In this document: positions 20,032-29,943 of the stretch, in pieces
Numbering within the stretch: position 1 is the stretch's first letter
Layout of the letters: each line of letters begins with the position of its first letter
Assembly (NCBI GenBank): GCA_014762505.1
Contig: JABURS010000019.1
Span: 12,919 to 76,918 of the forward strand
Length of the DNA stretch: 64,000 nucleotides
Source: Chromatiales bacterium
Lineage (GTDB): Bacteria > Pseudomonadota > Gammaproteobacteria > SpSt-1174
Direction: 5' to 3'
Notes under the pieces: model-generated
What the model saw: the letters and a program-made list of their open reading frames with translations, nothing else
Told to the model about the DNA's origin: nothing
The model's database searches: none
Made by a program: the position numbers and the translations under genes

Positions 20032-20166
20032 CGGCGTCCATCTGGCCTGGCGAGGCGAAACGCACCCATTCTTTATCTATTTCGGAGTCCTGCTGGCCAG
20101 GACGATCCGGTACACTATCCCGATTCAGACGATCCGCCCGGCGCGGGTCGAACGGAGAATGTGAAC

Positions 20167-21717
20167 ATGGCGGACAAAGACAAACTCATCATCTTCGATA
20201 CCACCTTGCGCGACGGCGAGCAGAGCCCGGGCGCCTCCATGACCAAGGACGAAAAGGTGCGTATCGCCAAGGCCCTGGAAAAGATGCGCGTGGACGTGAT
20301 CGAGGCCGGTTTCCCGATCGCCAGCCCCGGCGACTTCGAGGCCGTGCAGGCGGTGGCCCGCAGCATCAAGGACAGCACCGTGTGCGGGCTTTCCCGTGCG
20401 CTGGACAAGGACATCGACCGTGCCGGCGAGGCCCTGAAGGACGCCAACTCGGCGCGCATCCACACCTTCATCGCCACCTCGCCCATCCACATGCAGGCGA
20501 AGCTGCGCATGGAGCCCGACCAGGTGCTCGAGCAGGCCGTGCGCGCGGTGAAGCGTGCCCGCCAGCACACCGACAACGTCGAGTTCTCGGCCGAGGACGC
20601 GGGGCGCTCCGAGCTCGATTTCCTCTGCCGCGTGATCGAGGCGGTGATCGACGCGGGTGCCACCACCATCAACATCCCGGACACCGTGGGCTACAACATC
20701 CCGCAGCAGTTCGGCGAGCTCATCGGCAACCTCATGTCGCGCGTGCCGAACGCCGACAAGGCCGTGTTCTCCGTGCATTGTCACAACGACCTGGGCCTGG
20801 CCGTCTCCAACTCGCTCGCCGCCGTACTCAACGGGGCGCGCCAGGTGGAGTGCACCATCAACGGCCTGGGCGAGCGTGCCGGCAACGCCTCGCTGGAGGA
20901 GATCGTCATGGCCGTGCGCACGCGCCAGGACGTCTTCTCCTGCGACACCGACCTCGACACCACGCAGATCGTGCCCTGCTCGCGCCTGGTGTCCGGCATC
21001 ACCGGCTTCCCGGTGCAGCCGAACAAGGCCATCGTCGGCGCCAATGCCTTTGCCCACGAGTCCGGCATCCACCAGGACGGCGTGCTCAAGTCGCGCGAGA
21101 CCTACGAAATCATGCGTGCCGAGGACGTCGGCTGGAGCGCCAACCGCATCGTGCTCGGCAAGCACTCGGGCCGCAATGCCTTCCGCACCCGCTGCCAGGA
21201 GATCGGCATCGAGTTCGAGACGGAGGAAGAGCTCAACCTGGCCTTCTCCAAGTTCAAGGACCTGGCCGACAAGAAGCACGACATCTTCGACGAGGACCTG
21301 CAGGCACTCGTCAGCGAGGCCAGCACGGCGGTCGAGGACGAGTGCTACAAGCTGCTGGCCCTGCGCGTGTGCTCGGAGACCGGCGAGACGCCGGTGGCGG
21401 GCATCACGCTCAGCGTCGACGGCGAGGAGAAGGCCGGCGAGTGTGCCGGCAGCGGGCCGGTGGATGCGGCCTTCCGCGCCATCGAGGAGATTGTCTCCAG
21501 CGGCACCCAGCTGCAGCTCTACTCGGTGAACAACATCACCAGCGGCACCGATGCGCAGGGCGAGGTGACCGTGCGCCTGGAGAAGGCCGGGCGCATCGTC
21601 AACGGCCTGGGGGCGGATACCGACATCGTCATCGCCTCGGCCAAGGCCTATCTCAACGCGCTGAACAAGCTGGTGGACCAGACCCAGCGCGCCCATCCCC
21701 AGCGGGACGGCGTATAG
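20167..21717 (+). CDS. leuA: 2-isopropylmalate synthase
   Basis: [25 protein letters not shown], and C-terminal LeuA dimerisation domain. ATG 20167 with GGAGA SD (track starts at GTG 20161). Confidence 0.95.
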   Translation: MADKDKLIIFDTTLRDGEQSPGASMTKDEKVRIAKALEKMRVDVIEAGFPIASPGDFEAVQAVARSIKDSTVCGLSRALDKDIDRAGEALKDANSARIHTFIATSPIHMQAKLRMEPDQVLEQAVRAVKRARQHTDNVEFSAEDAGRSELDFLCRVIEAVIDAGATTINIPDTVGYNIPQQFGELIGNLMSRVPNADKAVFSVHCHNDLGLAVSNSLAAVLNGARQVECTINGLGERAGNASLEEIVMAVRTRQDVFSCDTDLDTTQIVPCSRLVSGITGFPVQPNKAIVGANAFAHESGIHQDGVLKSRETYEIMRAEDVGWSANRIVLGKHSGRNAFRTRCQEIGIEFETEEELNLAFSKFKDLADKKHDIFDEDLQALVSEASTAVEDECYKLLALRVCSETGETPVAGITLSVDGEEKAGECAGSGPVDAAFRAIEEIVSSGTQLQLYSVNNITSGTDAQGEVTVRLEKAGRIVNGLGADTDIVIASAKAYLNALNKLVDQTQRAHPQRDGV

Positions 21718-21733
21718 GAACCGAGGGGCCGGC

Positions 21734-22552
21734 ATGACCGGCCCCTCGCGTGTGCGAGACCCGACCATGCACGACGAACGACAACGCCGTTACCTGCAGG
21801 CCATGGGCATCCCGCTCTGGGTGCCGCGAGGTCCGTTGCCACGCGCGGCCACATCGGCGCAGGCCGTCACCGCACCGGTCCCGTCCCCGCCATCACCAGC
21901 GCAAGAACCGGAGCCGGTGGCGCCCGTCGCCCCGCCACTGGTCGAGGTGCCGCATGAGGCGGCATCACCGGCCGTGGCCATCGAACAGCTCGACTGGAAT
22001 GGGCTGCGGGAACAGGTCGCCGCCTGCACACGCTGTGCGGAACTGGCCGCCAGTCGTACCCAGACCGTGTTCGGCGTCGGCAATCCGGATGCCGACTGGC
22101 TGGTGATCGGCGAGGCCCCGGGCGCCGAGGAGGACCGCCAGGGCGAGCCCTTCGTCGGTCGCGCCGGCAAGCTGCTCGATGCCATGCTCGCGGCCATCGC
22201 GCTGGACCGCCAGCAGGCCTATATCGCCAACGTCCTCAAGTGCCGTCCGCCGAACAACCGCGACCCGCGGCCCGAGGAGGCGGCCAACTGCCGGCCCTGG
22301 CTCGATCGCCAGATCGCGCTCATCCGGCCGAAGCTCATCCTCGTGGTCGGCCGGATCGCCGCACAGACCCTGCTCGGCACCGACGCGCCGCTCTCGCGCC
22401 TGCGCGGCCAGGTGCACCGCCTGCCAGGAGCGGACATCCCGGTGATCGTCACCTACCACCCGGCCTATCTGCTGCGCATGCCGAAGGACAAGCGCAAGGC
22501 CTGGGACGACCTCAAGCTGGCCTGTCGGGTGATGGCCGGCGAGGTCGGCTGA
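21734..22552 (+). CDS. Uracil-DNA glycosylase family 4 (Fe-S type) with Pro-rich N-terminal extension
   Basis: [18 protein letters not shown], and Cys ligands (CTRC..). N-terminal [12 protein letters not shown] motif. Start could be ATG 21767. Confidence 0.8.
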   Translation: MTGPSRVRDPTMHDERQRRYLQAMGIPLWVPRGPLPRAATSAQAVTAPVPSPPSPAQEPEPVAPVAPPLVEVPHEAASPAVAIEQLDWNGLREQVAACTRCAELAASRTQTVFGVGNPDADWLVIGEAPGAEEDRQGEPFVGRAGKLLDAMLAAIALDRQQAYIANVLKCRPPNNRDPRPEEAANCRPWLDRQIALIRPKLILVVGRIAAQTLLGTDAPLSRLRGQVHRLPGADIPVIVTYHPAYLLRMPKDKRKAWDDLKLACRVMAGEVG

Positions 22553-22563
22553 AGGGGGCGGGC

Positions 22564-23052
22564 GTGAACGCCGTCCGCGACCTGCCCAACCCGCTGCTGC
22601 GGCGCATGCGCACCGACGACCTGGACGCCGTGATGGCGATCGAGGTCCTTGCCTACCCCTATCCCTGGACGCGCGGCATCTTCCACGACTGCCTGCGCGT
22701 GGGCTATTCCTGCTGGGTGTACGAGGATCGTGGCACCCAGGCCCTCATGGCCTATGGCGTGATGACCTTTGCCGTGGACGAGTACCATGTCATGAACCTC
22801 ACCGTGCGCCCGGAGCTGCAGGGGCAGGGGCTGGGCCGGCGCCTGCTGCGCGACCTGGTGGAGATGAGCCGGCTCGCCGGCGCCGCGCGGGTGCTGCTCG
22901 AGGTGCGCCCGAGCAACGAGAACGCGCTTGCGCTCTACCGCTCCGAGGGCTTCGCCGAGGTCGGCCGGCGCAAGAACTACTACCCCTCCGCGGCCGGACG
23001 CGAGGACGCCCTGGTGCTGATCCGTGAGCTGCTGCCCGCCGCGGATGCCTGA
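22564..23052 (+). CDS. rimI: Ribosomal-protein-alanine N-acetyltransferase (GNAT)
   Basis: Collinear with E. coli RimI (..TDL.AVMAIE..AYPYPWT..; Q/RxxGxG/A motif LQGQGLGRRLL). GTG 22564 preceded by AAGGGGG SD; alternative ATG 22606. Confidence 0.75.
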   Translation: MNAVRDLPNPLLRRMRTDDLDAVMAIEVLAYPYPWTRGIFHDCLRVGYSCWVYEDRGTQALMAYGVMTFAVDEYHVMNLTVRPELQGQGLGRRLLRDLVEMSRLAGAARVLLEVRPSNENALALYRSEGFAEVGRRKNYYPSAAGREDALVLIRELLPAADA

Positions 23053-23120
23053 TGCCGCCCGCGTGAATCCGGTATAATGCCGGACCGTTTCTTCCGACCC
23101 ATACCCACACAGTCCTGTCC

Positions 23121-24707
23121 ATGTCCGACTTTCTCGAGGAACTCGGCCGTCGTCGCACCTTCGCGATCATCTCGCACCCCGACGCCGGCAAGACCACCAT
23201 CACCGAAAAACTGCTGCTCTACGGCGGTGCGATCCAGCTCGCCGGTACCGTCAAGGGCAGAAAGTCGGCGCGTCACGCGACCTCGGACTGGATGGCCATG
23301 GAAAAGGAGCGCGGTATCTCCGTCACCTCCTCGGTGATGCAGTTCCCGTACAAGGGACGCATCGTCAACCTGCTGGATACCCCGGGGCACGAGGACTTCT
23401 CGGAAGACACCTACCGCACGCTGACCGCCGTCGACTCGGCGCTGATGGTCATCGATGCCGCCAAGGGCGTCGAGGAGCGCACCATCAAGCTGATGGAGGT
23501 CTGTCGCCTGCGCACCACGCCGATCATGACCTTCATCAACAAGCTCGACCGCGAGGGCCGCGAGACCATCGAGCTGCTGGACGAGGTCGAGAACGTGCTC
23601 AACATCCGCTGTGCGCCGGTCACCTGGCCCATCGGCATGGGCAAGCGCTTCAAGGGCGTGTACCACCTGCATCGCAATGCCGTTCACCTGTTCAGTCCCG
23701 CGCACGGGGGCAAGGTGCAACAGGGCGAGGTCATCGAGGGCCTGGACAATCCGCGCCTGGACGAGCTGCTGGGTGACCAGGCGCGCGAGCTGCGCGACGA
23801 GATCGAGCTGGTGCAGGCGGCGAGCAACGAGTTCGATCACGCGGCCTACCTCGCCGGCGAACTCACGCCCGTGTTCTTCGGTTCGGCGATCAACAACTTC
23901 GGCGTCAGCGAGCTGCTGGACGACTTCGTCGAGTACGCCCCGGCGCCGCAGCCGCGCGAGACCACCACGCGCGTCGTCGAGCCCCAGGAGGAAAAGCTCA
24001 CCGGCTTCATCTTCAAGGTGCAGGCCAACATGGACCCGCAGCATCGCGACCGCATCGCCTTCATGCGCATCTGTTCCGGCACCTTCACCAAGGGCATGAA
24101 GCTGCGCCAGGTGCGCATCGGCAAGGACGTCAAGATCAGCGACGCGCTGACCTTCATGGCCTCGGATCGCGAGCATGTCGATGAGGCCTTCCCGGGCGAC
24201 ATCCTCGGCCTGCACAACCACGGCACCATCCGCATCGGCGACACCTTCACCCAGGGCGAGGACCTGGCCTTCACCGGCATCCCCAACTTCGCGCCCGAGC
24301 TCTTCCGTCGCGCGCAGCTGCGTGACCCGCTCAAGATGAAGCAGCTGCAGAAGGGCCTGTCGCAGCTCTGCGAGGAGGGCGCCACCCAGCTGTTCCGTCC
24401 GCTCACCAACAACGACCTGATCCTCGGTGCGGTCGGTGTGCTGCAGTTCGACGTGGTCGCGCAGCGTCTCAAGGACGAGTACAACGTCGACTGCCAGTTC
24501 GAGGCCGTGAACGTGAACACCGCGCGCTGGGTGACCTCGGACGACAAGAAGCGGTTCGAGCAGTTCAAGGACAAGGCCGCCACCAACCTCGCCCTGGATC
24601 ATGCCGGTGAACTCGTCTACATCGCGCCCACCCGCGTGAACCTGCAGATGGCCATCGAGAAGTGGCCGGAGATCGAGTTCCACGCGACCCGCGAGCACGG
24701 CGGCTGA
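23121..24707 (+). CDS. prfC: Peptide chain release factor 3
   Basis: [15 protein letters not shown] GTPase G1, DTPGHEDF G3, 528 aa. Confidence 0.95.
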   Translation: MSDFLEELGRRRTFAIISHPDAGKTTITEKLLLYGGAIQLAGTVKGRKSARHATSDWMAMEKERGISVTSSVMQFPYKGRIVNLLDTPGHEDFSEDTYRTLTAVDSALMVIDAAKGVEERTIKLMEVCRLRTTPIMTFINKLDREGRETIELLDEVENVLNIRCAPVTWPIGMGKRFKGVYHLHRNAVHLFSPAHGGKVQQGEVIEGLDNPRLDELLGDQARELRDEIELVQAASNEFDHAAYLAGELTPVFFGSAINNFGVSELLDDFVEYAPAPQPRETTTRVVEPQEEKLTGFIFKVQANMDPQHRDRIAFMRICSGTFTKGMKLRQVRIGKDVKISDALTFMASDREHVDEAFPGDILGLHNHGTIRIGDTFTQGEDLAFTGIPNFAPELFRRAQLRDPLKMKQLQKGLSQLCEEGATQLFRPLTNNDLILGAVGVLQFDVVAQRLKDEYNVDCQFEAVNVNTARWVTSDDKKRFEQFKDKAATNLALDHAGELVYIAPTRVNLQMAIEKWPEIEFHATREHGG

Positions 24708-24879
24708 GTGCAGCGTTCCGGGGGAATGCGCCACCCCTGATCGCGCCTTGCAGCGCTCCTACGGTTGCCTGTGTTCGGGGCCGGGCGGGAGTCCCGTCCG
24801 GCTGACTTTGCACCCGGTGCCCCGATGCGCGACCATGAGGCCGTTGGTCCCGTTGCCCCGAGGGGCAGAGGAGGGGAGT

Positions 24880-25455
24880 ATGGCCAGGCGCATCGTCATC
24901 ATCCAGGGGCATCCGGACCCGGACCCTTCGCATCTCGACCACGCGCTGGCAGCGGCGTATCGCGAGAGCGCGGAGGCGGCCGGCCACGAGGTGCGTGTGA
25001 TCGAGGTGGGACGACTCGATTTTCCACTGCTGCGCAACAAGCAGGACTTCGACCACGGCGAGGCACCGCCGGCGATTATTGATGCACAGCAGCACATCGA
25101 GTGGGCCGAGCATCTGCTGGTCCTGCATCCGCTCTGGCTTGGCGACATGCCCGCGCTGCTCAAGGCCTTTCTCGAGCAGGTGTTCCGGCCGGGATTCGGT
25201 TTCGAGGGTGGGCGGCGCATGCGCCCACGGCTCAGGGGGCGCAGCGCGCGCGTGGTGATCACCATGGGCATGCCGGCCTTCATCTACCGCTGGTATTTCG
25301 GTGCCCATAGCCTGAAGCTGCTCAGGCGCCATATCCTGGGCTTTTGCGGCTTCGGGCCGGTACGCAGCACGCTGCTGGGGCTTGTTGACACCAGCGATGC
25401 CCGCCGGCAGCGTTGGCTGGAACGGATGCGGGCCCTCGGGCGTGCCGGGGCGTAG
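24880..25455 (+). CDS. NAD(P)H-dependent oxidoreductase, flavodoxin-like fold (KefG/MdaB-type quinone reductase family)
   Basis: IVIIQGHPDPDPSH N-terminus typical of Flavodoxin_2 quinone reductases. ATG 24880 with GAGGGGAG SD. Confidence 0.65.
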   Translation: MARRIVIIQGHPDPDPSHLDHALAAAYRESAEAAGHEVRVIEVGRLDFPLLRNKQDFDHGEAPPAIIDAQQHIEWAEHLLVLHPLWLGDMPALLKAFLEQVFRPGFGFEGGRRMRPRLRGRSARVVITMGMPAFIYRWYFGAHSLKLLRRHILGFCGFGPVRSTLLGLVDTSDARRQRWLERMRALGRAGA

Positions 25456-25582
25456 GGATCGGGATGGCCCGGGAGAAGACTGTACAACGCCAAACCAAGG
25501 GTAGGCACAGGCATGGTCCTCTGTGATCCCTGTGCCCCCTGTGGCCAAATGATCCAACTCACGACGGGATGCTGGAGGACGA

Positions 25583-26026
25583 ATGCTCAAGCTTCGGGTG
25601 CTGTTCGGTCTGCTCGCGCTCTCGCTGTTCGCCAACGCCTATCTCTTTGCCCGTTCCCAGGCGGCTTTACCGGCGCCACGGCCGGCGGTGATGCTGATCG
25701 CCCCCGCCGACCTCGGTCTCACCCCCGACCAGGCCCTGGCGTTGGAATCGGTGCGCCGCTTCGCCGAGATCCGTGCCGCGCGCCGCGAGGAGCAGCGCGC
25801 GGTGCCCGAGGCGCGGTTGCGGCAGGCCCTGACCGATGCGACGGTCTCGGCACAGGCGCTGGACGAGGCCCTGGAAGAGATTGGCGCCATCGATGCCGAA
25901 TACCGCTATCGTCTGGTGGGCGAGCTCATCCACTGGCGCGACGGCCTGAGCCCGGCGCAGCGCGGGCGGCTTGCGACCGAACTGGAGCAGCGGGGCCTGG
26001 GGGGCCTGATCTCACAGTGGCGTTGA
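25583..26026 (+). CDS. Periplasmic Spy/CpxP-family (LTXXQ) protein
   Basis: Signal peptide, then LTPDQ and LSPAQ motifs (LTXXQ-type). Confidence 0.55.
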   Translation: MLKLRVLFGLLALSLFANAYLFARSQAALPAPRPAVMLIAPADLGLTPDQALALESVRRFAEIRAARREEQRAVPEARLRQALTDATVSAQALDEALEEIGAIDAEYRYRLVGELIHWRDGLSPAQRGRLATELEQRGLGGLISQWR

Positions 26027-26030
26027 GAGG

Positions 26031-26237
26031 ATGGCCATGCAGAAGACCCTGGTGATCATCGGTATCGTCATCCTCCTCGCGGGCCTGCTCTGGCCCTGGC
26101 TCGGCAAGCTGCCCATCGGCCGCCTGCCGGGCGACATCGTCATCGAGCGACCGGGCTTCAAGGCGTATTTCCCGCTTGCCACCATGCTCCTCGCCAGTCT
26201 CGTGCTCTCGCTACTGCTGTGGCTGTTTCGCAAATGA
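26031..26237 (+). CDS. Small membrane protein (DUF2905-like)
   Basis: 68 aa, two TM helices, LPGDIVIERPGFKAYFP motif. Confidence 0.55.
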   Translation: MAMQKTLVIIGIVILLAGLLWPWLGKLPIGRLPGDIVIERPGFKAYFPLATMLLASLVLSLLLWLFRK

Positions 26238-27490
26238 TGCATCACTCCATGGATCGGCGCCGCATGCTGGCCTGGACGCTCTACGACTGGGGCAATTCCG
26301 CCTTTGCCACCGTCGTCATGGCCGGTTTCTTCCCGCTGTTCTTCCGTTCCTACTGGAGCGCAGGACAGGACAGCGCACAGATCACCCTGCACCTGGGCAT
26401 GGCCAATTCCATCGGCAGCCTGGTGATCGTGCTCAGCGCCCCCCTCCTCGGTGCGCTGGCCGACCAGGGCAGCTTCAAGAAACGCTTCCTGAGCCTCTTC
26501 GCCCTGCTCGGTATTGCCATGACGCTCGGTCTCTACTGGGTGGCACAGGGCGAGTGGCTGCTTGCCGCCATGCTCTATGCCGCCGCCAGCATCGGCTTCA
26601 TGGGCGCGAACATCTTCTACGATGCACTGCTGGTCGACGTGGCCCCGCGTCACAAGTACGACTTCGTCTCCGGTCTGGGTTATGCCATGGGCTATCTCGG
26701 CGGCGGCCTCCTGTTCGCCTTCTGCGTCTACATGGTGCTCAATCCCGCCGACTTCGGTTTTGCGGACGATGCCGCGGCCGTACGCCTGTCCTTCCTGCTG
26801 GTGGGCATCTGGTGGCTGCTGTTCACGATGCCGCTGCTCTTCCTTGTGAAGGAGACGCCACACGCCACGCCGCGTGCGGGCATGGTCAAGGGGGGCTTTC
26901 GCCAGCTGATCGATACCTTCCACGAGGTGCGGCGTTATCGCGAGGTCTGGTGGTTCCTGCTGGCCTACTGGCTCTACATCGACGGTGTCGACACCATCGT
27001 GCGCATGGCGGCCGACTATGGCGCGGCGCTCGGATTCTCCACCGGTGACCTGATTCTCGCCCTGCTGATGATCCAGTTCATCGGTTTCCCCGCCGCCATC
27101 GCCTTCGGCAAGCTCGGCGAGCGTATCGGGCCGAAGACCGGCATCTACATCGGCCTGGCCGCCTATGCCGCGATCACGGTCTGGGGCGCGCTCATGACCG
27201 AGCTCTGGGAGTTCTTCGCCATTGCGGTTGGCGTCGGCCTGGTACAGGGTGGCGTGCAGTCGCTCAGCCGTTCGCTCTACGCGCGCCTCATTCCGCAGGA
27301 CAAGGCCGCCGAGTTCTTCGGCTTCTACAACATGCTGGGCAAGTTCGCGGCCGTGGCGGGTCCTTTCCTCATGGGCATAGTCGGCGTGCTCACCGGCAGT
27401 CCGCGCATCGCCATCTTCTCCCTGCTTGTGTTCTTCATCCTCGGCGCGCTACTGTTGCTCAAGGTACCCGAACGCAAGGAGCAGACGTGA
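26234..27490 (+). CDS. MFS transporter
   Basis: 12-TM profile, LYDWGNSAF N-terminal motif. ATG 26234 overlaps the upstream stop (ATGA). Confidence 0.8.
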   Translation: MMHHSMDRRRMLAWTLYDWGNSAFATVVMAGFFPLFFRSYWSAGQDSAQITLHLGMANSIGSLVIVLSAPLLGALADQGSFKKRFLSLFALLGIAMTLGLYWVAQGEWLLAAMLYAAASIGFMGANIFYDALLVDVAPRHKYDFVSGLGYAMGYLGGGLLFAFCVYMVLNPADFGFADDAAAVRLSFLLVGIWWLLFTMPLLFLVKETPHATPRAGMVKGGFRQLIDTFHEVRRYREVWWFLLAYWLYIDGVDTIVRMAADYGAALGFSTGDLILALLMIQFIGFPAAIAFGKLGERIGPKTGIYIGLAAYAAITVWGALMTELWEFFAIAVGVGLVQGGVQSLSRSLYARLIPQDKAAEFFGFYNMLGKFAAVAGPFLMGIVGVLTGSPRIAIFSLLVFFILGALLLLKVPERKEQT

Positions 27491-27708
27491 TGAACGACGA
27501 GCGTCGCCAGGAATCGGTCGGTTTTCTCGGTACGCTGAAGAGCGTGCTGTCGGCCTTCTTCGGCGTGCAGAGCGAGTCCAACCGTGCGCGCGATTTCGAG
27601 AAGGGCAATCCCGTACATTTCATCGCCATCGCGCTCATCGCGACCGTCGGCTTCGTGCTGGTCATGTGGGGAATCGTGAGCGTGGTGCTGGGGCTGGCAA
27701 CGGGGTAG
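27487..27708 (+). CDS. Small membrane protein (DUF2970-like)
   Basis: 73 aa, C-terminal TM helix. Start overlaps the MFS stop. Confidence 0.5.
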   Translation: MMNDERRQESVGFLGTLKSVLSAFFGVQSESNRARDFEKGNPVHFIAIALIATVGFVLVMWGIVSVVLGLATG

Positions 27709-27879
27709 CTGGCGTACCGGCTGCATCTCTTCACGCACGAGGCCCTCGCCCCTGTGCTCCGGTCCTGCGGATGCAGTGTCCCGCGTCCCCGCATGTCGTC
27801 CCGGTATATCTCCCAGCTTTTTCCCAGGCAGTTCCCGGCCGGGATCCGGTAGATGCCGTTCAGGCGTCTATACTCGGGC

Positions 27880-27960
27880 GTGCAGGGGCAGGCCATATTA
27901 TATGTAAATGTTATATATGTTATAAATCCGCGAGGGGCATGCCCCGGGTACGCAATGCAG
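27880..27960. promoter_or_regulatory. norC upstream control region: AT-rich block with TTATA-N5-TATAA dyad, followed by perfect 12-bp palindrome GGGGCATGCCCC
   Basis: Read directly (..tatatgtaaatgttatatatgttataaatccgcgaggggcatgccccggg..). Candidate NO/redox-regulator operator; no sigma54 -24/-12 element found. Confidence 0.25.
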
Positions 27961-28038
27961 GGCCCAGGCAGCTGGGAGACGCATCGTGGGCCAAGGGGCA
28001 CAGAAACCCGGGCCTGCGGAATCAAGGGAGGACGAGAA

Positions 28039-28491
28039 ATGCATGAGGGACTCACCAAGGCGGCGGCGCGCAATATCTTCTATGGCGGTTCGCTGTTTTT
28101 CTTTCTGCTGTTCGTCGGCCTCACGGCGCACAGCCATCTCTATATCGTCAATACCTCCACGGACCGTGAGGGACTGACCGAGTCGGTACGGCATGGCAAG
28201 GAGGTCTGGGAGAAGAACAACTGCATCAACTGCCACACTATCCTCGGCGAGGGCGCCTATTTCGCCCCGGAGCTCGGCAATGTCTGGACCCGTTTCGGCG
28301 GCCGGGAGAATCCCGAGGCGGCCCGCGCCGCGATTGCGGGCTGGATGCGTGCCATGCCCACCGGCGCGCCGGGCCGGCGCCAGATGCCGTACTTCGATCT
28401 CAGCGACGAGGAGATGGATGCGCTGATCGATTTCCTGCAGTGGACCGACTCCATCGACACACAGAACTGGCCACCCCATCGTTCCGGCTGA
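28039..28491 (+). CDS. norC: Nitric oxide reductase subunit C (membrane-anchored cytochrome c)
   Basis: N-terminal TM anchor plus CINCH heme c motif. ATG 28039 with AAGGGAGGA SD. Confidence 0.85.
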   Translation: MHEGLTKAAARNIFYGGSLFFFLLFVGLTAHSHLYIVNTSTDREGLTESVRHGKEVWEKNNCINCHTILGEGAYFAPELGNVWTRFGGRENPEAARAAIAGWMRAMPTGAPGRRQMPYFDLSDEEMDALIDFLQWTDSIDTQNWPPHRSG

Positions 28492-28542
28492 GCGCTGCGG
28501 GCGATTGCATACGGTATTCACGATCCAAGGAGGACAGGACGT

Positions 28543-29892
28543 ATGAAATATGAGACACAGCGGGTGGCTTACCCGTTCTTCATCGTGGCGATGGCGCTGT
28601 TCGCGGCCCAGGTCTCGTTCGGCCTGCTGAGTGGCGCCGTCTTCGTCTGGCCCAACTTCCTGGCCGAGGCCATGCCCTTCAACATCATGCGCACCAGCCA
28701 TACCAACCTCCTGGTGGTGTGGCTGCTGATAGGCTTCATGGGCTGTACCTATTACCTGATGCCCGAGGAGGCCGAGCAGGAGATCTACAGCCCCCGGCTC
28801 GCCTACATCCAGCTGGCCATCTTCGCCTTTGCGGGGGCCGCGGCGCTGGTCGGCTACCAGTTCGGCATCCACGAGGGGCGCGAGTTTCTGGAGCAGCCCA
28901 CCTGGGTGAAGGTGCTCATCACCCTTTCCTTCCTCATGTTCCTGTTCAACGCCAGCATGACCCTGCTCCGGGGGCGAAAGACGGCCATCAACATGGTGCT
29001 GATGCTCGGGCTCTGGCTGGCCGCCATCTTCTGGCTGTTCGCCTTCTACAACCCGGGCAACCTGTCGGTGGACAAGCTCTACTGGTGGTACATCGTGCAC
29101 ATCTGGGTGGAGGGGGTCTGGGAACTGATCATGGCCTCGCTGCTCGGCTACCTGCTCATCAAGATGACCGGGGTCGATCGCGAGGTGATCGAGAAGTGGC
29201 TTTACGTCATCGTGGGTCTGTCGCTGTTCACGGGGCTGCTGGGCACCGGCCACCATTATTACTGGATCGGCACGCCCGGCTACTGGCAGCCCATCGGCAA
29301 CGTCTTCTCCACGCTGGAGGTGGTGCCGCTGTTCGCCATGGTGGTGTTCGCCTTCTACATGTTCTGGAAGGGCAGCCGCAACCATCCCAACAAGGCCGCC
29401 ATGCTCTGGACGCTTGGGTGTGCCACCGTCGCCTTCTTCGGTGCCGGTGTCTGGGGCTTCATGCACACGCTCTCGTTCATCAACTACTACACCCACGGCA
29501 CCCAGGTCACGGCGGCCCATGGACACCTGGCCTTTTACGGCGCCTACGTGATGCTGGTGCTGGCGATCGTCAGCTATGCCATGCCGCAGCTGCGTCGTGT
29601 CCAGCCCTACAATCAGGTGCTGAACATGTGGGCCTTCTGGATCACCACCTCGGCCATGGCCTTCATGACCTTCACCCTGACCTTCGCGGGCGTTGTGCAG
29701 ACGCATCTGCAGCGCGTGATGGGCATGGGCTACATGGAGGTGCAGGAGCAGATCACCATGTTCTACATCATGCGCTTCGGTGCCGGGTCGGTGGTGGTGA
29801 TCGGTGCGCTGCTGTTCATCTACGCGGTGTTCGGTCCCGCCCGTGAACAGGCGCCGGCCTATGCCAGTGAGGCATCCGTCACCGCGGACTGA
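28543..29892 (+). CDS. norB: Nitric oxide reductase subunit B (heme-copper oxidase superfamily)
   Basis: 449 aa, 12 TM, conserved His ligands (HHYYW.. HGHLAFYG). Immediately after norC. Confidence 0.9.
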   Translation: MKYETQRVAYPFFIVAMALFAAQVSFGLLSGAVFVWPNFLAEAMPFNIMRTSHTNLLVVWLLIGFMGCTYYLMPEEAEQEIYSPRLAYIQLAIFAFAGAAALVGYQFGIHEGREFLEQPTWVKVLITLSFLMFLFNASMTLLRGRKTAINMVLMLGLWLAAIFWLFAFYNPGNLSVDKLYWWYIVHIWVEGVWELIMASLLGYLLIKMTGVDREVIEKWLYVIVGLSLFTGLLGTGHHYYWIGTPGYWQPIGNVFSTLEVVPLFAMVVFAFYMFWKGSRNHPNKAAMLWTLGCATVAFFGAGVWGFMHTLSFINYYTHGTQVTAAHGHLAFYGAYVMLVLAIVSYAMPQLRRVQPYNQVLNMWAFWITTSAMAFMTFTLTFAGVVQTHLQRVMGMGYMEVQEQITMFYIMRFGAGSVVVIGALLFIYAVFGPAREQAPAYASEASVTAD

Positions 29893-29943
29893 TCGCGGTC
29901 CGGGTCGCCGTTCCCCGCATGTCATCATGATCAGGAGTCGTCC

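Noticed and set aside
20125-21768. 547-aa minus-strand ORF antisense to leuA
   Set aside because: Shadow ORF. leuA motifs are unambiguous on the plus strand.
22980-24734. 584-aa minus ORF antisense to prfC
   Set aside because: Shadow ORF.
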